DNA of 64,000 nucleotides from an uncultured Bacteroidales bacterium (lineage in GTDB: Bacteria; Bacteroidota; Bacteroidia; Bacteroidales; BM520). Positions 37,829 to 47,611 of the stretch are shown piece by piece. Within the stretch, counting starts at the first letter, position 1; each line of letters begins with the position of its first letter. The stretch is taken from assembly GCA_964594665.1 (NCBI GenBank), contig CAZQNY010000001.1:9599-73598 (forward strand), read 5' to 3'. The translations under genes were made by a program, and so were the position numbers. The notes under the pieces are model-generated. The model saw only the letters and a list, made by a program, of their open reading frames with translations. It searched no databases and was not told where the DNA came from.

Positions 37829-38500
37829 ATGGCGAATAAAATAATGGATCCCATCGGCCGGTTAATGGGCCTGAGGTATAAATCACACCCCTGGCATGGT
37901 GTTGATATTGGCAATGATGCTCCGGATAAAGTGATGACGTTTATTGAAATGGTGCCTACTGATACCGTAAAATATGAAGTGGATAAAATTTCCGGCTACC
38001 TGAGAATAGACAGACCCCAGAAGTACTCAAATGTCGTTCCGGCGTTGTATGGTTTTATTCCACAAACCTTTTCCGGATCCAGAGTAGCAAAATTTTGTAT
38101 GGATAAAACCGGCAGAGAAGACCTGAGGGGTGATGGCGATCCTATCGATATTTGCGTCCTAACCGAAAAAACCATTCCCCATGGTGATATTCTTGTTAAA
38201 GCCAGACCCATTGGTGGTTTTAGAATGTTAGACGGGAATGAGGTAGATGATAAACTGATCGCTGTTCTTGAAAATGACACAGTATATGGCTCCTATGACT
38301 GCATTAAGGATCTGCCGGATATGGTTGTAGAAAGACTGAAACACTATTTTCTTACTTATAAAGACCTTCCGGGTAAAGAGAGTGATGTTGAAATTACTGA
38401 CACCTATGGCTCTGATGAAGCAAAAGAAGTAATAAAATTCTCCATGGATGATTATGTGCATAAATTTGATAAACTTGATTCTGTGCTGTCGGATGTATAG
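37829..38500 (+). CDS. ppa: Inorganic pyrophosphatase (family I, long form)
   Basis: Motifs EMVPTDTVKYEVDK...DGDPIDICVL...D.KLIAV, the family I PPase active-site pattern. Confidence 0.85.
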   Translation: MANKIMDPIGRLMGLRYKSHPWHGVDIGNDAPDKVMTFIEMVPTDTVKYEVDKISGYLRIDRPQKYSNVVPALYGFIPQTFSGSRVAKFCMDKTGREDLRGDGDPIDICVLTEKTIPHGDILVKARPIGGFRMLDGNEVDDKLIAVLENDTVYGSYDCIKDLPDMVVERLKHYFLTYKDLPGKESDVEITDTYGSDEAKEVIKFSMDDYVHKFDKLDSVLSDV

Positions 38501-38596
38501 GCCTTACAAGGCTCTACAGTTTAAATTAATAGAATAGATGTGAATTTATTAAATAAGTTGTTGGATAATTTGAATAATGAATTATTTTTGTATTAC

Positions 38597-38741
38597 TATT
38601 TATAGCAGAGACTGTTTATCAGTGGATTTTTATCTATTAAAACAAAAACATTAAAAATACTCTTGTGGTAGAGGGTTCCGAACATCAATTCGGAAATTGG
38701 TTAATTGCCGCGGAAAGATGAAGGTCTTCCGCGGTTTTTTA
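38597..38741 (+). ncRNA. Candidate small RNA, or the structured end of a long ppa 3' UTR
   Basis: A TATTTTTG -7-like box lies at 38583-38590. An internal 7-bp hairpin TTCCGAA/TTCGGAA lies at 38676-38695. A strong terminator lies at 38708-38741. There is no ORF longer than 25 codons. I do not recognise it as any known RNA family. Confidence 0.2.
38708..38741 (+). terminator. Rho-independent terminator about 200 nt downstream of ppa
   Basis: CCGCGGAA...TTCCGCGG stem (38708-38734) followed by TTTTTT (38735-38740). Confidence 0.7.
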
Positions 38742-38747
38742 TCTTTG
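38740..38747 (+). promoter_or_regulatory. Candidate -7 box upstream of the ATP-grasp-like gene
   Basis: TATCTTTGCA lies directly after the terminator T-run and 20 nt before ATG 38767. Confidence 0.5.
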
Positions 38748-38766
38748 CACTTTCAATAATCATATT

Positions 38767-39663
38767 ATGGCTGCAGGCTTTAAATATAAACGGGGCATTT
38801 TTGCAAAATACCATAAGGCTATGCCTTTGCCTGAGCGGATCAGTAAAGATTTCAGATATGGCCTTCGGTATATTGTGAATTTGATTAAAACTAAAGGCAT
38901 TTCCAAAAGAATGCTCGTATATCCACATTATCCCAGCTCCGGATCTACCATCTATAAAATCGCCAATCACCTCGGTTTTTCAATATCTAATATCCCACAT
39001 AAAAAATACAATATCGCTGTTTACTGGGAGTATAATACTTACCGCAATGAATATCAATACCCGGAATCGCTGAAAAACATCCCTGTTATAAACCTTTACA
39101 GCCGTGATATTGGGAAAGTGTTTGTAGATGATGCGTTTAAGGATGTTTTTGGATACTCAACATTTATTGACCCTGAAACATACACCTTGCCATTTGTAAG
39201 AAAAAATGACATCAATGCAAAGCATGACGGACAGATTATCACTTCCGGGAACATTTCTCCTGAACCAGGATATATTTACCAGCGACTGATTGATAACAGT
39301 ACATCTGACGGAATGGTTCTTGACTACCGTGTTCCCGTAATTATTAATACACTGGATTTTATTTATCTTAAATACAGAAGCAGGGAGGTTCGTTTTACAA
39401 ATTCAACATCCAGAACTGTTGTCAGAAAAATCAGTGACATTTTTTCACCTGATGAAATTGAAAAAATAAATCGTTTCTGTAAATCCATAAACCTTGAATA
39501 CGGCGAATTGGATATTCTTCGCGATAATAACGACGGCAGAATATACATCGTTGATGTGAACAATACACCTCAGGGGCCTCCCAAACATTTAAACAGGACT
39601 GATAACCGGCAGGCGATAATGAAAATGTCAGCAGCATTTAAAAGTTATTTTTTGAATGGCTAA
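38767..39663 (+). CDS. Hypothetical protein with an ATP-grasp-like C-terminal motif
   Basis: The C-terminal EYGELDILRDNNDGRIYIVDVNNTPQGPP resembles the Mg-ATP-binding strand of ATP-grasp ligases (G.D......G..Y..EVN..P). The rest is not recognisable. It overlaps the next gene by 8 nt. Confidence 0.45.
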   Translation: MAAGFKYKRGIFAKYHKAMPLPERISKDFRYGLRYIVNLIKTKGISKRMLVYPHYPSSGSTIYKIANHLGFSISNIPHKKYNIAVYWEYNTYRNEYQYPESLKNIPVINLYSRDIGKVFVDDAFKDVFGYSTFIDPETYTLPFVRKNDINAKHDGQIITSGNISPEPGYIYQRLIDNSTSDGMVLDYRVPVIINTLDFIYLKYRSREVRFTNSTSRTVVRKISDIFSPDEIEKINRFCKSINLEYGELDILRDNNDGRIYIVDVNNTPQGPPKHLNRTDNRQAIMKMSAAFKSYFLNG

Positions 39664-40606
39664 AAACCACAAAATATACCTGGCTCCATTGAGAGGATTT
39701 ACTGAACGACCCTTTCGTGATGCATTTTCTGAGCATTTTCATGGAGTTGACGCAATTCTGGCGCCATTTATTCCATTAGTGACTGTTGACTATGTAAATC
39801 CTTCCCGGTTAAAAGATATTTTGCCCAATGATGAGCATTTGCCCCTTATTCCTCAGGTAATAGGAAACGATGCTGATCAGATTATCCAAATGGCGGAGGT
39901 GTTTGAATCGTATGGCTATGATGAAATTAACTGGAACCTGGGATGCCCGATGCCGAAAATAACACGCAAAAACCGTGGCTCCGGGCTGCTGCGGTATCCG
40001 GAAAAAATCCATTCCATCCTGACAGAGGTTTTCGATCACGTGGATATTAAGGTCTCCGTAAAAACACGTTTGGGCTTTGCTGATAATACTGCATTTGAAG
40101 AGCTTGTAAATGTGTTTAATGATTTCCCGCTAACATCACTTACCGTACATACCCGAACCGGAGCCCAGATGTACACCGGTAAAGCCGATCCGGATTTTTT
40201 TGCTCCGTATATTGAGAAAATAAACGTTAAAGAAATAATCTATAATGGCGATATATTTACAATTGATGATTTTTATACCCTGAAAAAGCAAATGCCGGAC
40301 ATCTCTTCCTGGATGATAGGCAGAGGTTTACTTGGAAATCCTTTTTTAGGGGAGTGGATTCAGTCAGGTAATTGTGAATTTTCAAAAGAACGATTCCTTG
40401 CTTTTCATTATACATTATTTCAAAATATTTCCCAATCGTCAGCATCCTCACGTATAATACTGAACCGTATGAAAGGGTACTGGACCCAGTTCCGTCATAT
40501 GTATTCTGATCATGAAAATATTCGCAATTGTATATTCAGATCGCAGGATGTAGACGATTTAATGGTACAAGCGGAAAAAATTATCAAATATGCAGCGATG
40601 AAATAA
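39656..40606 (+). CDS. tRNA-dihydrouridine synthase family protein
   Basis: Motifs LAPLRGFTERPFRDAF, NLGCP.PK and a VKTRLG TIM-barrel pattern, typical of Dus-family flavoenzymes. Confidence 0.8.
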   Translation: MAKNHKIYLAPLRGFTERPFRDAFSEHFHGVDAILAPFIPLVTVDYVNPSRLKDILPNDEHLPLIPQVIGNDADQIIQMAEVFESYGYDEINWNLGCPMPKITRKNRGSGLLRYPEKIHSILTEVFDHVDIKVSVKTRLGFADNTAFEELVNVFNDFPLTSLTVHTRTGAQMYTGKADPDFFAPYIEKINVKEIIYNGDIFTIDDFYTLKKQMPDISSWMIGRGLLGNPFLGEWIQSGNCEFSKERFLAFHYTLFQNISQSSASSRIILNRMKGYWTQFRHMYSDHENIRNCIFRSQDVDDLMVQAEKIIKYAAMK

Positions 40607-40637
40607 TACGTTTCTTGGATGCCCGGCTGCTAATTTC

Positions 40638-40645
40638 TAAATTTG
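40638..40645 (+). promoter_or_regulatory. Candidate -7 box upstream of metH
   Basis: TAAATTTG ends 20 nt before ATG 40665. Confidence 0.45.
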
Positions 40646-40664
40646 AAGCATAATAACTATCCTT

Positions 40665-43600
40665 ATGAATATTTACGATTATATAAAAAGTCATATTCTT
40701 GTTCTTGACGGAGCCACAGGAACAATGATTCAACGCTACAACCTTGGTGAGGATGATTTTCGTGGTGAATTATATGCCGGTCATCCTGTTAATCTGAATG
40801 GATGCAACGATCTTTTGTGTATAACAAAACCGGAGATCATGAAAGAAATCCATCTTTCATACCTGCAGGCCGGGGCGAACATTATTGAAACGAATTCTTT
40901 TAATGCGAACAGCATCTCGATGGTTGATTATGCGCTGGAAGAACAATGCTATACCATCAACAGAGCTGCCGCAGCCATTGCCAAAGAAGCAGCAACAGAG
41001 TTTTTTGCATCCAATCCGGAGCAGCCGGCATGGGTGGCCGGTTCCATGGGGCCAACAAACCGTTCTGCCAGTATCTCTCCTGATATCCAAAACCCGGGTG
41101 CAAGAAATATCTCGTTTGACCAACTTGTGGAGGCGTATTATGAACAGGCGAATGGCCTTATGGATGGCGGAGCAGATTTATTGCTTGTGGAAACAGTCTT
41201 TGACACACTGAACTGCAAGGCCGCCCTTTTTGCGATAGATAAACTATTCGCCGATAAAGGAAAAAAAGTCCCTGTAATGGTTTCTGTTACTATTTCTGAT
41301 GCCAGCGGACGAACCCTTTCAGGGCAGACACTTGAAGCATTTGTAACCTCCATTGAGCATTTTGACTTGTTCTCCATTGGCTTGAACTGTTCTTTAGGAC
41401 CTGAACAACTCATCCCGTTTATAAGTCAGCTATCACAAATTGCCAATTCCTATGTTAGTGTTCATCCCAATGCTGGGTTGCCAGATGAAATGGGGAATTA
41501 CAACCAGTCGGCAGAGGATATGGGCCGGTTTGCCCTGGAATATGCACAAAATGGATGGATTAATATTATGGGTGGCTGCTGCGGTACCTCTCCGGATCAT
41601 ATTCAGGCAATTGCAAACGCTGTTAATAGCCAAAAACCACGATTACTGCCCGGGAAAAGCGCTGTATCGAAGTTGTCGGGACTGGAAAACCTTCTTATCA
41701 CCAAAGAGAATAACTTTATTAATATTGGTGAGAGAACCAATGTTGCCGGATCACGGAAATTTGCCAGGTTAATTCGTGAGAAAAATTATGCCGAGGCTCT
41801 GAGTGTAGCCAGAAACCAAGTGGATAACGGAGCCCAGATAATTGATATCTGCATGGATGACGCCATGATTGATGCACCTCAGGCAATGCAGGAATTTCTT
41901 AACCTTATTGGCTCTGATCCTGATATCGCACGTGTGCCTGTAATGATTGATTCCTCTGACTGGGAAGTTATTCTGTCAGGGCTGAAATGTACACAGGGAA
42001 AATGTGTTATTAACTCCATAAGCCTGAAGGAAGGGGAGGAGCCCTTTTTGGAAAAAGCCACCCTCTTAAGAAAATTTGGTGCTGCCGTTGTTGTCATGCT
42101 GTTTGATAAAAACGGCCAGGCTGTGGATTTTCATAGTCGCATTGCCATTGCTCAACGATCCTATGATTTACTCGTCTTGAAAGCGGGTTATAACCCTTAT
42201 GATATTGTTATCGACCCGAATATACTGGCTGTTGCTACGGGTATGAAGGAGCATGATTCTTATGCTGTTGATTTTATCCGTTCCATTGGATGGATTAAAG
42301 AGAACCTGCCCGGAGTGAAGATCTCCGGCGGTGTCAGTAACCTTTCATTTTCCTTCCGGGGCAACAATACCGTTCGTGAAGCCATGCACAGCGTATTTCT
42401 TTATCACGCCATAAAAAACGGAATGGATATGGCGATTGTAAATCCCGGAATGCAGGTCACTTACGATGATATTGAGCCTCAACTCAAACAAGCTGTTGAA
42501 GATGTTATCTTAAACCGCCACCCGGAAAGTGCCACTGTCCTGACTGAAATTGCATCCTCTTTTTCCAATCAAAACAAAAAGGAAGAACAAATTCAACAAT
42601 GGCGGTCATTGCCAATTGTTGAAAGAATAAAATATGCCCTTTTGCACGGAATATCGGATTATGCTCATGAAGATATGGCAGAGGCGCTGGAATATTATGA
42701 AAAGGCTGTTGATATCATCGACGGGCCGTTGATGCATGCAATGAATGAAGTGGGCGATCGGTTTGGTGCCGGAAAAATGTTTCTGCCTCAGGTGGTGAAA
42801 AGCGCCAGAGCAATGCGGATTATGGTGGATATTATCCGCCCGGAAATAGAGAAACAGGAAATGGATGCCAAAACACAAAGCGCCGGGAAAATTCTACTGG
42901 CAACAGTAAAAGGCGATGTGCATGATATTGGTAAAAATATCCTTTCGGTGATTCTTTCCTGCAATAATTTTGAAATCATTGACCTTGGCGTGATGATTCC
43001 GGGAGAGAAAATCCTTCAGGCTGCAATAGAGCATAATGTGGATATGATTGCGTTAAGCGGACTAATCACCCCTTCGCTGCATGAAATGACTAATGTTGCC
43101 CGGCTTATGCAGGATGCAGGATTAAAGATCCCATTGATGGTTGGAGGCGCAACGACTTCCGAATTGCATACTGCTGTGAAGATAGCACCTGTTTATCCGG
43201 CAGGAGTCGTATTACATGCCCGTGATGCTTCGGTAGCGGCTTCTATCGCCTGGAATGCTCTCGTATCTGATGATCGTGAACAGTGGAATAAAGATCTGAA
43301 AATACGCTATGAAAAGATAAAGTCTGAGTATAAAAATGAAACTTCTGAACTTGTACCGCTTGAAAAAGCCCGTATAAACGGTTTTAAAATCCATGCGGAT
43401 TATAACCCTCCTCAACCGGCATCATTGGAAATGAATATGGTGGAAGCGAAAGCTGAAGATCTTATACCTTTTATCAACTGGCGCGCATTTTATCATGCCT
43501 GGAAAGTAAAAGATAATGAAGCACTGGCTCTTCAGAAAGAAGCGCTTGAGTTTTTGAAGAAGTATGGAGATAAATACCTTATCAGAGCAATATGCCAGAT

Positions 43601-44207
43601 ATTTCCGGTTGAAAAACAGGGTGACAGCGTAATTATTCTGGATAAAGAGAGAGTATCGACAGGCAAAAAACTTGAATTTCTACGCAAACAGCAGCCTCCA
43701 ACCTATTGTCTGAGCGATTTTCTTAAAGAAAGTGGTGATTTTCTGGGGCTTTTTGCCGCCTCTGTTCACTGCAATTTTCCTACAGATGACGAAATGGCAT
43801 CCCTTATGCGGGATAGTCTTGCTGACAGGCTTGTGGAGGCTTCCGCTGAGTTAATTCATTTCCTTTGCCGTAAGCTCTGGTGGCGTTTTAGCAAAGAAAA
43901 AGGTGTTCCTGCTGAACTTAAAAAAGGTCACTACCAGGGAATCCGTCCTGCTCCGGGGTATCCCATATGGCCCGATCATTCAGAAAAGAAAACAGTACTT
44001 GATCTGCTGAATGCTCAGGAAAATATTGATATCCAACTATCTGAAAATTTCGCAATGATACCACAGTCATCGGTGTGTGGCGCCATATTCAGCCATCCTG
44101 ATTCACGCTATTTTATTATTAATGAGACAGGAGATGATCAGAAAATGGATTATGCAAAACGGAAAAATTTGAATATTAACGACCTGGAATCCCTTGGAAT
44201 AAAATAG
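40665..44207 (+). CDS. metH: Cobalamin-dependent methionine synthase
   Basis: All four modules are visible: Hcy-binding (GGCCGTSP), pterin-binding, B12 cap plus B12 domain (GDVHDIGKNI, a DxHxxG motif), and the AdoMet reactivation domain (RPAPGYPIWPDH). Confidence 0.95.
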   Translation: MNIYDYIKSHILVLDGATGTMIQRYNLGEDDFRGELYAGHPVNLNGCNDLLCITKPEIMKEIHLSYLQAGANIIETNSFNANSISMVDYALEEQCYTINRAAAAIAKEAATEFFASNPEQPAWVAGSMGPTNRSASISPDIQNPGARNISFDQLVEAYYEQANGLMDGGADLLLVETVFDTLNCKAALFAIDKLFADKGKKVPVMVSVTISDASGRTLSGQTLEAFVTSIEHFDLFSIGLNCSLGPEQLIPFISQLSQIANSYVSVHPNAGLPDEMGNYNQSAEDMGRFALEYAQNGWINIMGGCCGTSPDHIQAIANAVNSQKPRLLPGKSAVSKLSGLENLLITKENNFINIGERTNVAGSRKFARLIREKNYAEALSVARNQVDNGAQIIDICMDDAMIDAPQAMQEFLNLIGSDPDIARVPVMIDSSDWEVILSGLKCTQGKCVINSISLKEGEEPFLEKATLLRKFGAAVVVMLFDKNGQAVDFHSRIAIAQRSYDLLVLKAGYNPYDIVIDPNILAVATGMKEHDSYAVDFIRSIGWIKENLPGVKISGGVSNLSFSFRGNNTVREAMHSVFLYHAIKNGMDMAIVNPGMQVTYDDIEPQLKQAVEDVILNRHPESATVLTEIASSFSNQNKKEEQIQQWRSLPIVERIKYALLHGISDYAHEDMAEALEYYEKAVDIIDGPLMHAMNEVGDRFGAGKMFLPQVVKSARAMRIMVDIIRPEIEKQEMDAKTQSAGKILLATVKGDVHDIGKNILSVILSCNNFEIIDLGVMIPGEKILQAAIEHNVDMIALSGLITPSLHEMTNVARLMQDAGLKIPLMVGGATTSELHTAVKIAPVYPAGVVLHARDASVAASIAWNALVSDDREQWNKDLKIRYEKIKSEYKNETSELVPLEKARINGFKIHADYNPPQPASLEMNMVEAKAEDLIPFINWRAFYHAWKVKDNEALALQKEALEFLKKYGDKYLIRAICQIFPVEKQGDSVIILDKERVSTGKKLEFLRKQQPPTYCLSDFLKESGDFLGLFAASVHCNFPTDDEMASLMRDSLADRLVEASAELIHFLCRKLWWRFSKEKGVPAELKKGHYQGIRPAPGYPIWPDHSEKKTVLDLLNAQENIDIQLSENFAMIPQSSVCGAIFSHPDSRYFIINETGDDQKMDYAKRKNLNINDLESLGIK

Positions 44208-44212
44208 AAACA

Positions 44213-45169
44213 ATGAAAGTTATTGATATTATTCATAATGCAAAAAAGCCATTCTTTGCTGTAGAATTTTTACCTCCTTTGAAAGGGCACTCTATGGAAA
44301 AGATCGATAAGGCTTTTTCCAATATTGCGGATCTGAATCCGGCATATATAAATTTTACTATTCACCAAAAGGAGATTGTTTATCGTGAACGTGAAGACGG
44401 GCTCCTTGAACGGTGCATTGTAACCAAACGTCCGGGAACCATTGGGTTATCAGCTGCTGTAATGTATAAACACAATATTACTGTGGTTCCGCATGTAATT
44501 TGTGGTGGTTTTTCGAAAGAAGAAACTGAAGATGCCCTTATCGAGCTCAATTTCCTGGGCCTGGAAAATGTGTTTGCCTTACGTGGAGATCCTCCGGCAG
44601 GGCAAAAGCTCTATGTCCCGGAGAAAAACGGTCATAAATATGCTTCTGACCTGGTGGCACAGATTAAAGAAATGAATAACGGTAATTATCTCGATCCCAA
44701 TATCAAAAATCCTGATGCTTCGGAATTTTGTATTGGCGTGGCAGGTTATCCCGAGAAGCATCTGGAAGCTCCCAACCCCGAAACAGATCTGATGCATCTG
44801 AAGAAAAAAGTTGATGCCGGCGCTGATTACATCGTAACTCAAATGTTTTTTATCAACGAACGATTTTATGAATTTGTCGATAATTGCCGAAGTATCGGTA
44901 TATCTGTGCCCATAATTCCCGGTATAAAACCCATTACCATGCGAACGGATGTTGATCTATTGCCAAAAACATTCAATATCGACCTGCCTTCGGCGTTATG
45001 CAATGAAATACGAAATGTTGAAACCAATGCCGGGGCCAGAGCTATCGGCACCAAATACGCCATAGAACAGGTTAATGACCTTTTGAACCATGGCGTACAA
45101 GGTATTCATTTCTTTTCGCTGGGAATGACAAAAAATATTAGGGAGATTGTGCAGAAGACAATCCTGTAG
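44213..45169 (+). CDS. metF: Methylenetetrahydrofolate reductase
   Basis: MTHFR family sequence (FAVEFLPP...ALRGDPP...GADYIVTQMFF). It lies immediately downstream of metH. Confidence 0.9.
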   Translation: MKVIDIIHNAKKPFFAVEFLPPLKGHSMEKIDKAFSNIADLNPAYINFTIHQKEIVYREREDGLLERCIVTKRPGTIGLSAAVMYKHNITVVPHVICGGFSKEETEDALIELNFLGLENVFALRGDPPAGQKLYVPEKNGHKYASDLVAQIKEMNNGNYLDPNIKNPDASEFCIGVAGYPEKHLEAPNPETDLMHLKKKVDAGADYIVTQMFFINERFYEFVDNCRSIGISVPIIPGIKPITMRTDVDLLPKTFNIDLPSALCNEIRNVETNAGARAIGTKYAIEQVNDLLNHGVQGIHFFSLGMTKNIREIVQKTIL

Positions 45170-45174
45170 TCGAA

Positions 45175-46074
45175 TTACGACCAGAGCTGCTGAGGATAAT
45201 CACCAGTATTTGCGAGCTCTTTCAAACGCTCAACAGCAGCTTCTTTATCTTCTTTGTAGGTTATACCAAACCATTCAGCAGAAGTATTCAGCACCTTCGC
45301 CTGACGGGTATTCGATTTGATAAGATTATCCACTACAAAGGGGATATAGATCTCGGATTTCAGATTTCCTGCTTCCTTACCAATAAATTCATGGAACTGC
45401 TGCTCTATATAATCAAAGATATCAGGAGTAAAACCCCAGAAGTTCATAGATACTGTTTCATCGCCTGTCAGGGGTTTCATCTCACCATTTTCATCCTGGT
45501 ATTTTATTATTTCGCTTTCGCGGATAATCTTAGTACGCTCTACGATACCATCGAGATACCCTTCTAAATTGGTAGTACAAACACCACGCGAAACGGAACC
45601 ATGATCGGAGAGTGTTTTTTGAATGGGATACCCAACCATTGAGTATTCTGCTTTGTCGAGGTTTTTCAAATGATCAGCCATGGTTTTAAAAGCATCAAAG
45701 CCGTAAAAATCGTCGGCATTGATGGCCGCAAAGTTTTCATTGACCACATCTTTTGCCACCAGCACAGCATGTGCCGTACCCCATGGTTTTACCCTGTCGG
45801 GATGTACTTCGATTCCTTCCGGTACATTGTGAAGCTCCTGGAAAACTACTTCACAGGGAATATAATTTTCAATTTTTGAGATCACATGTTTTTTAAAATC
45901 CTCCTCGATATTTTTACGGATTACAAAAACAATTTTCCCAAATCCGGCACGCATGGCATCATAAGCAGAATAATCGAGGATGGTTTCACCGGAAGGCCCC
46001 ATTTTGTCAAGTTGTTTAACCGATCCATAACGGGAGCCGATTCCTGCAGCAAGTATTACTAACGTTGGTTTCAT
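45175..46074 (-). CDS. Sugar-phosphate nucleotidyltransferase (NTP transferase domain)
   Basis: ATG at 46074 gives MKPTLVILAAGIGSRYG, the GxGxR nucleotidyltransferase signature. The substrate is not assignable from sequence. Confidence 0.75.
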   Translation of the reverse strand: MKPTLVILAAGIGSRYGSVKQLDKMGPSGETILDYSAYDAMRAGFGKIVFVIRKNIEEDFKKHVISKIENYIPCEVVFQELHNVPEGIEVHPDRVKPWGTAHAVLVAKDVVNENFAAINADDFYGFDAFKTMADHLKNLDKAEYSMVGYPIQKTLSDHGSVSRGVCTTNLEGYLDGIVERTKIIRESEIIKYQDENGEMKPLTGDETVSMNFWGFTPDIFDYIEQQFHEFIGKEAGNLKSEIYIPFVVDNLIKSNTRQAKVLNTSAEWFGITYKEDKEAAVERLKELANTGDYPQQLWS

Positions 46075-46200
46075 CTTTATGAGTTTTTGGCAAAAATAAG
46101 TGATTATCATAATTATTACACAATGCTCTTCAAAGAAATCAAAAAGTTCCTCCCAGAAAAAATATTGGCGCTCTTTGTGACTCCTAAATGTTACTTTGTC

Positions 46201-46872
46201 TTAAAACTGTTCATTAAATATTTTTTGAAAATTTGAATGCAGGACTAATTGTAAAGCACTGATATTGAGTTCATAAAGATTACAGTATTCATGATAAAGT
46301 ATTTCAATCTTTATCTCCCCGTCATCCGTTTCCATAAACAACCGTTCCACAGGAATATTACGAAAGGCGTCAATACTTTTCTGGCTTTTCAATGCACGTT
46401 CGCTAAAGCTGAAATAGAAATTGTGTTTTAGCAATTGTTTTGTCTGGTCAATATTCCCGGAAAAGCCATGCAGAATCCAGGGCATGCCGGGGCGAACCTC
46501 TTTGTGGATTTTAAGGATCCGCTCTGTCATACGCACATTGTGAATTATTAACGGTTTTTCAAGCGATTCTGAAATTTCAATATGATATCTGAAGATTTTT
46601 TCCTGCGATTCAATATCCGGCCCCCGTAAACGATCAAGCCCTGATTCCCCTATAGCAATAATCTCCTTCCTGTTAAAATCCTCTATCCCTGGCATTTGTT
46701 TACATTCTTCAATGTACCACGGATGAACTCCCAAAGAATAATATGCTCCTGGCAAAATTATCTCAGGGCTGTATTCATGTGCCATAATATTATGAATCCG
46801 AATAACATTCGCTTCAATTTCTTTGCTGTGCGAATGGATATCGATCAGGGGTATTTCGGGTGGGTTATGCAT
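46201..46872 (-). CDS. TatD family metal-dependent hydrolase
   Basis: N-terminal IDIHSH (HxH), IGESGLD, HGFSG, and a C-terminal ETD motif. Confidence 0.8.
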   Translation of the reverse strand: MHNPPEIPLIDIHSHSKEIEANVIRIHNIMAHEYSPEIILPGAYYSLGVHPWYIEECKQMPGIEDFNRKEIIAIGESGLDRLRGPDIESQEKIFRYHIEISESLEKPLIIHNVRMTERILKIHKEVRPGMPWILHGFSGNIDQTKQLLKHNFYFSFSERALKSQKSIDAFRNIPVERLFMETDDGEIKIEILYHEYCNLYELNISALQLVLHSNFQKIFNEQF

Positions 46873-47611
46873 TGGCAGCTATTATAACCTCATTAACAAT
46901 ATCAGCATCGGTTTGTCTTCTGTTCCACTCTTCATCAGCTGAAAGACTTCCCATCGGCAGGCGGGTTCTGAATAGCATCTGCGAAGGGTAGGGGCGGCGT
47001 GCCGAAAGATGAAAGGTTTTTGCACCTGTCATTTCGGCCATTTTCATAATGTTACTCTTGTTGATACCACTACCGGGCATTATATCAATACGGCCCTGAG
47101 CCTTTTCAACCATTTGTCGGATGATCTCAACACCCTCAGGTGCTTTTACGGCTCCTCCTGAAGTCAGGATAGTTTCAAAACCAATGTTTATTATATCTTC
47201 CAGTGCCTTCACCGGATCTGATGCCACATCGAATGCCCGGTGAAAAGTTGTGCTCATGGGTCGTGCAAACTCAATCAGTTCAATATTACGCTGCACATCA
47301 ACATTTCCATATTTATCCAGAATGCCAAATACTACACCATCTACACCGGCGTCTTTACAAAACAGAATATCCTGCTTCATGATTTCAAACTCCTCATCAG
47401 AATAGAGAAAATCACCGCCCCTGGGCCGGATAATTACATGCAGCTTTATGGAGAGCTTTTTTCGTGCGGTAACAATCGCACCTGCTGAAGGAGTACATCC
47501 TCCTTCCGGAATATTTTCGCACAACTCTACCCGAAACGCACCGCCTTTTTCAGCTTCTACAGCCGAAAATACCGAGTTGGCACATACTTCAATACGAATG
47601 TTGCTTTTCAT
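46865..47611 (-). CDS. cutC: Copper homeostasis protein CutC family
   Basis: IEVCANSV...AEKGGAFRVELC...IRPRGGDF is a typical CutC TIM-barrel sequence. It overlaps the tatD-like gene by 8 nt and has a TAATG stop/start overlap with the GH20 gene. Confidence 0.88.
   Translation of the reverse strand: MKSNIRIEVCANSVFSAVEAEKGGAFRVELCENIPEGGCTPSAGAIVTARKKLSIKLHVIIRPRGGDFLYSDEEFEIMKQDILFCKDAGVDGVVFGILDKYGNVDVQRNIELIEFARPMSTTFHRAFDVASDPVKALEDIINIGFETILTSGGAVKAPEGVEIIRQMVEKAQGRIDIMPGSGINKSNIMKMAEMTGAKTFHLSARRPYPSQMLFRTRLPMGSLSADEEWNRRQTDADIVNEVIIAANA

Noticed and set aside
38501-38512. The hairpin GCCTT-AC-AAGGC right after the ppa stop as the ppa terminator.
   Set aside because: A 5-bp stem with a 2-nt loop is sterically implausible, and no T-run follows.
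40607-40664. A cobalamin or SAM riboswitch upstream of metH-metF.
   Set aside because: The intergenic region is only 58 nt and contains a -7 box 20 nt from the ATG. That is too short for either riboswitch class.
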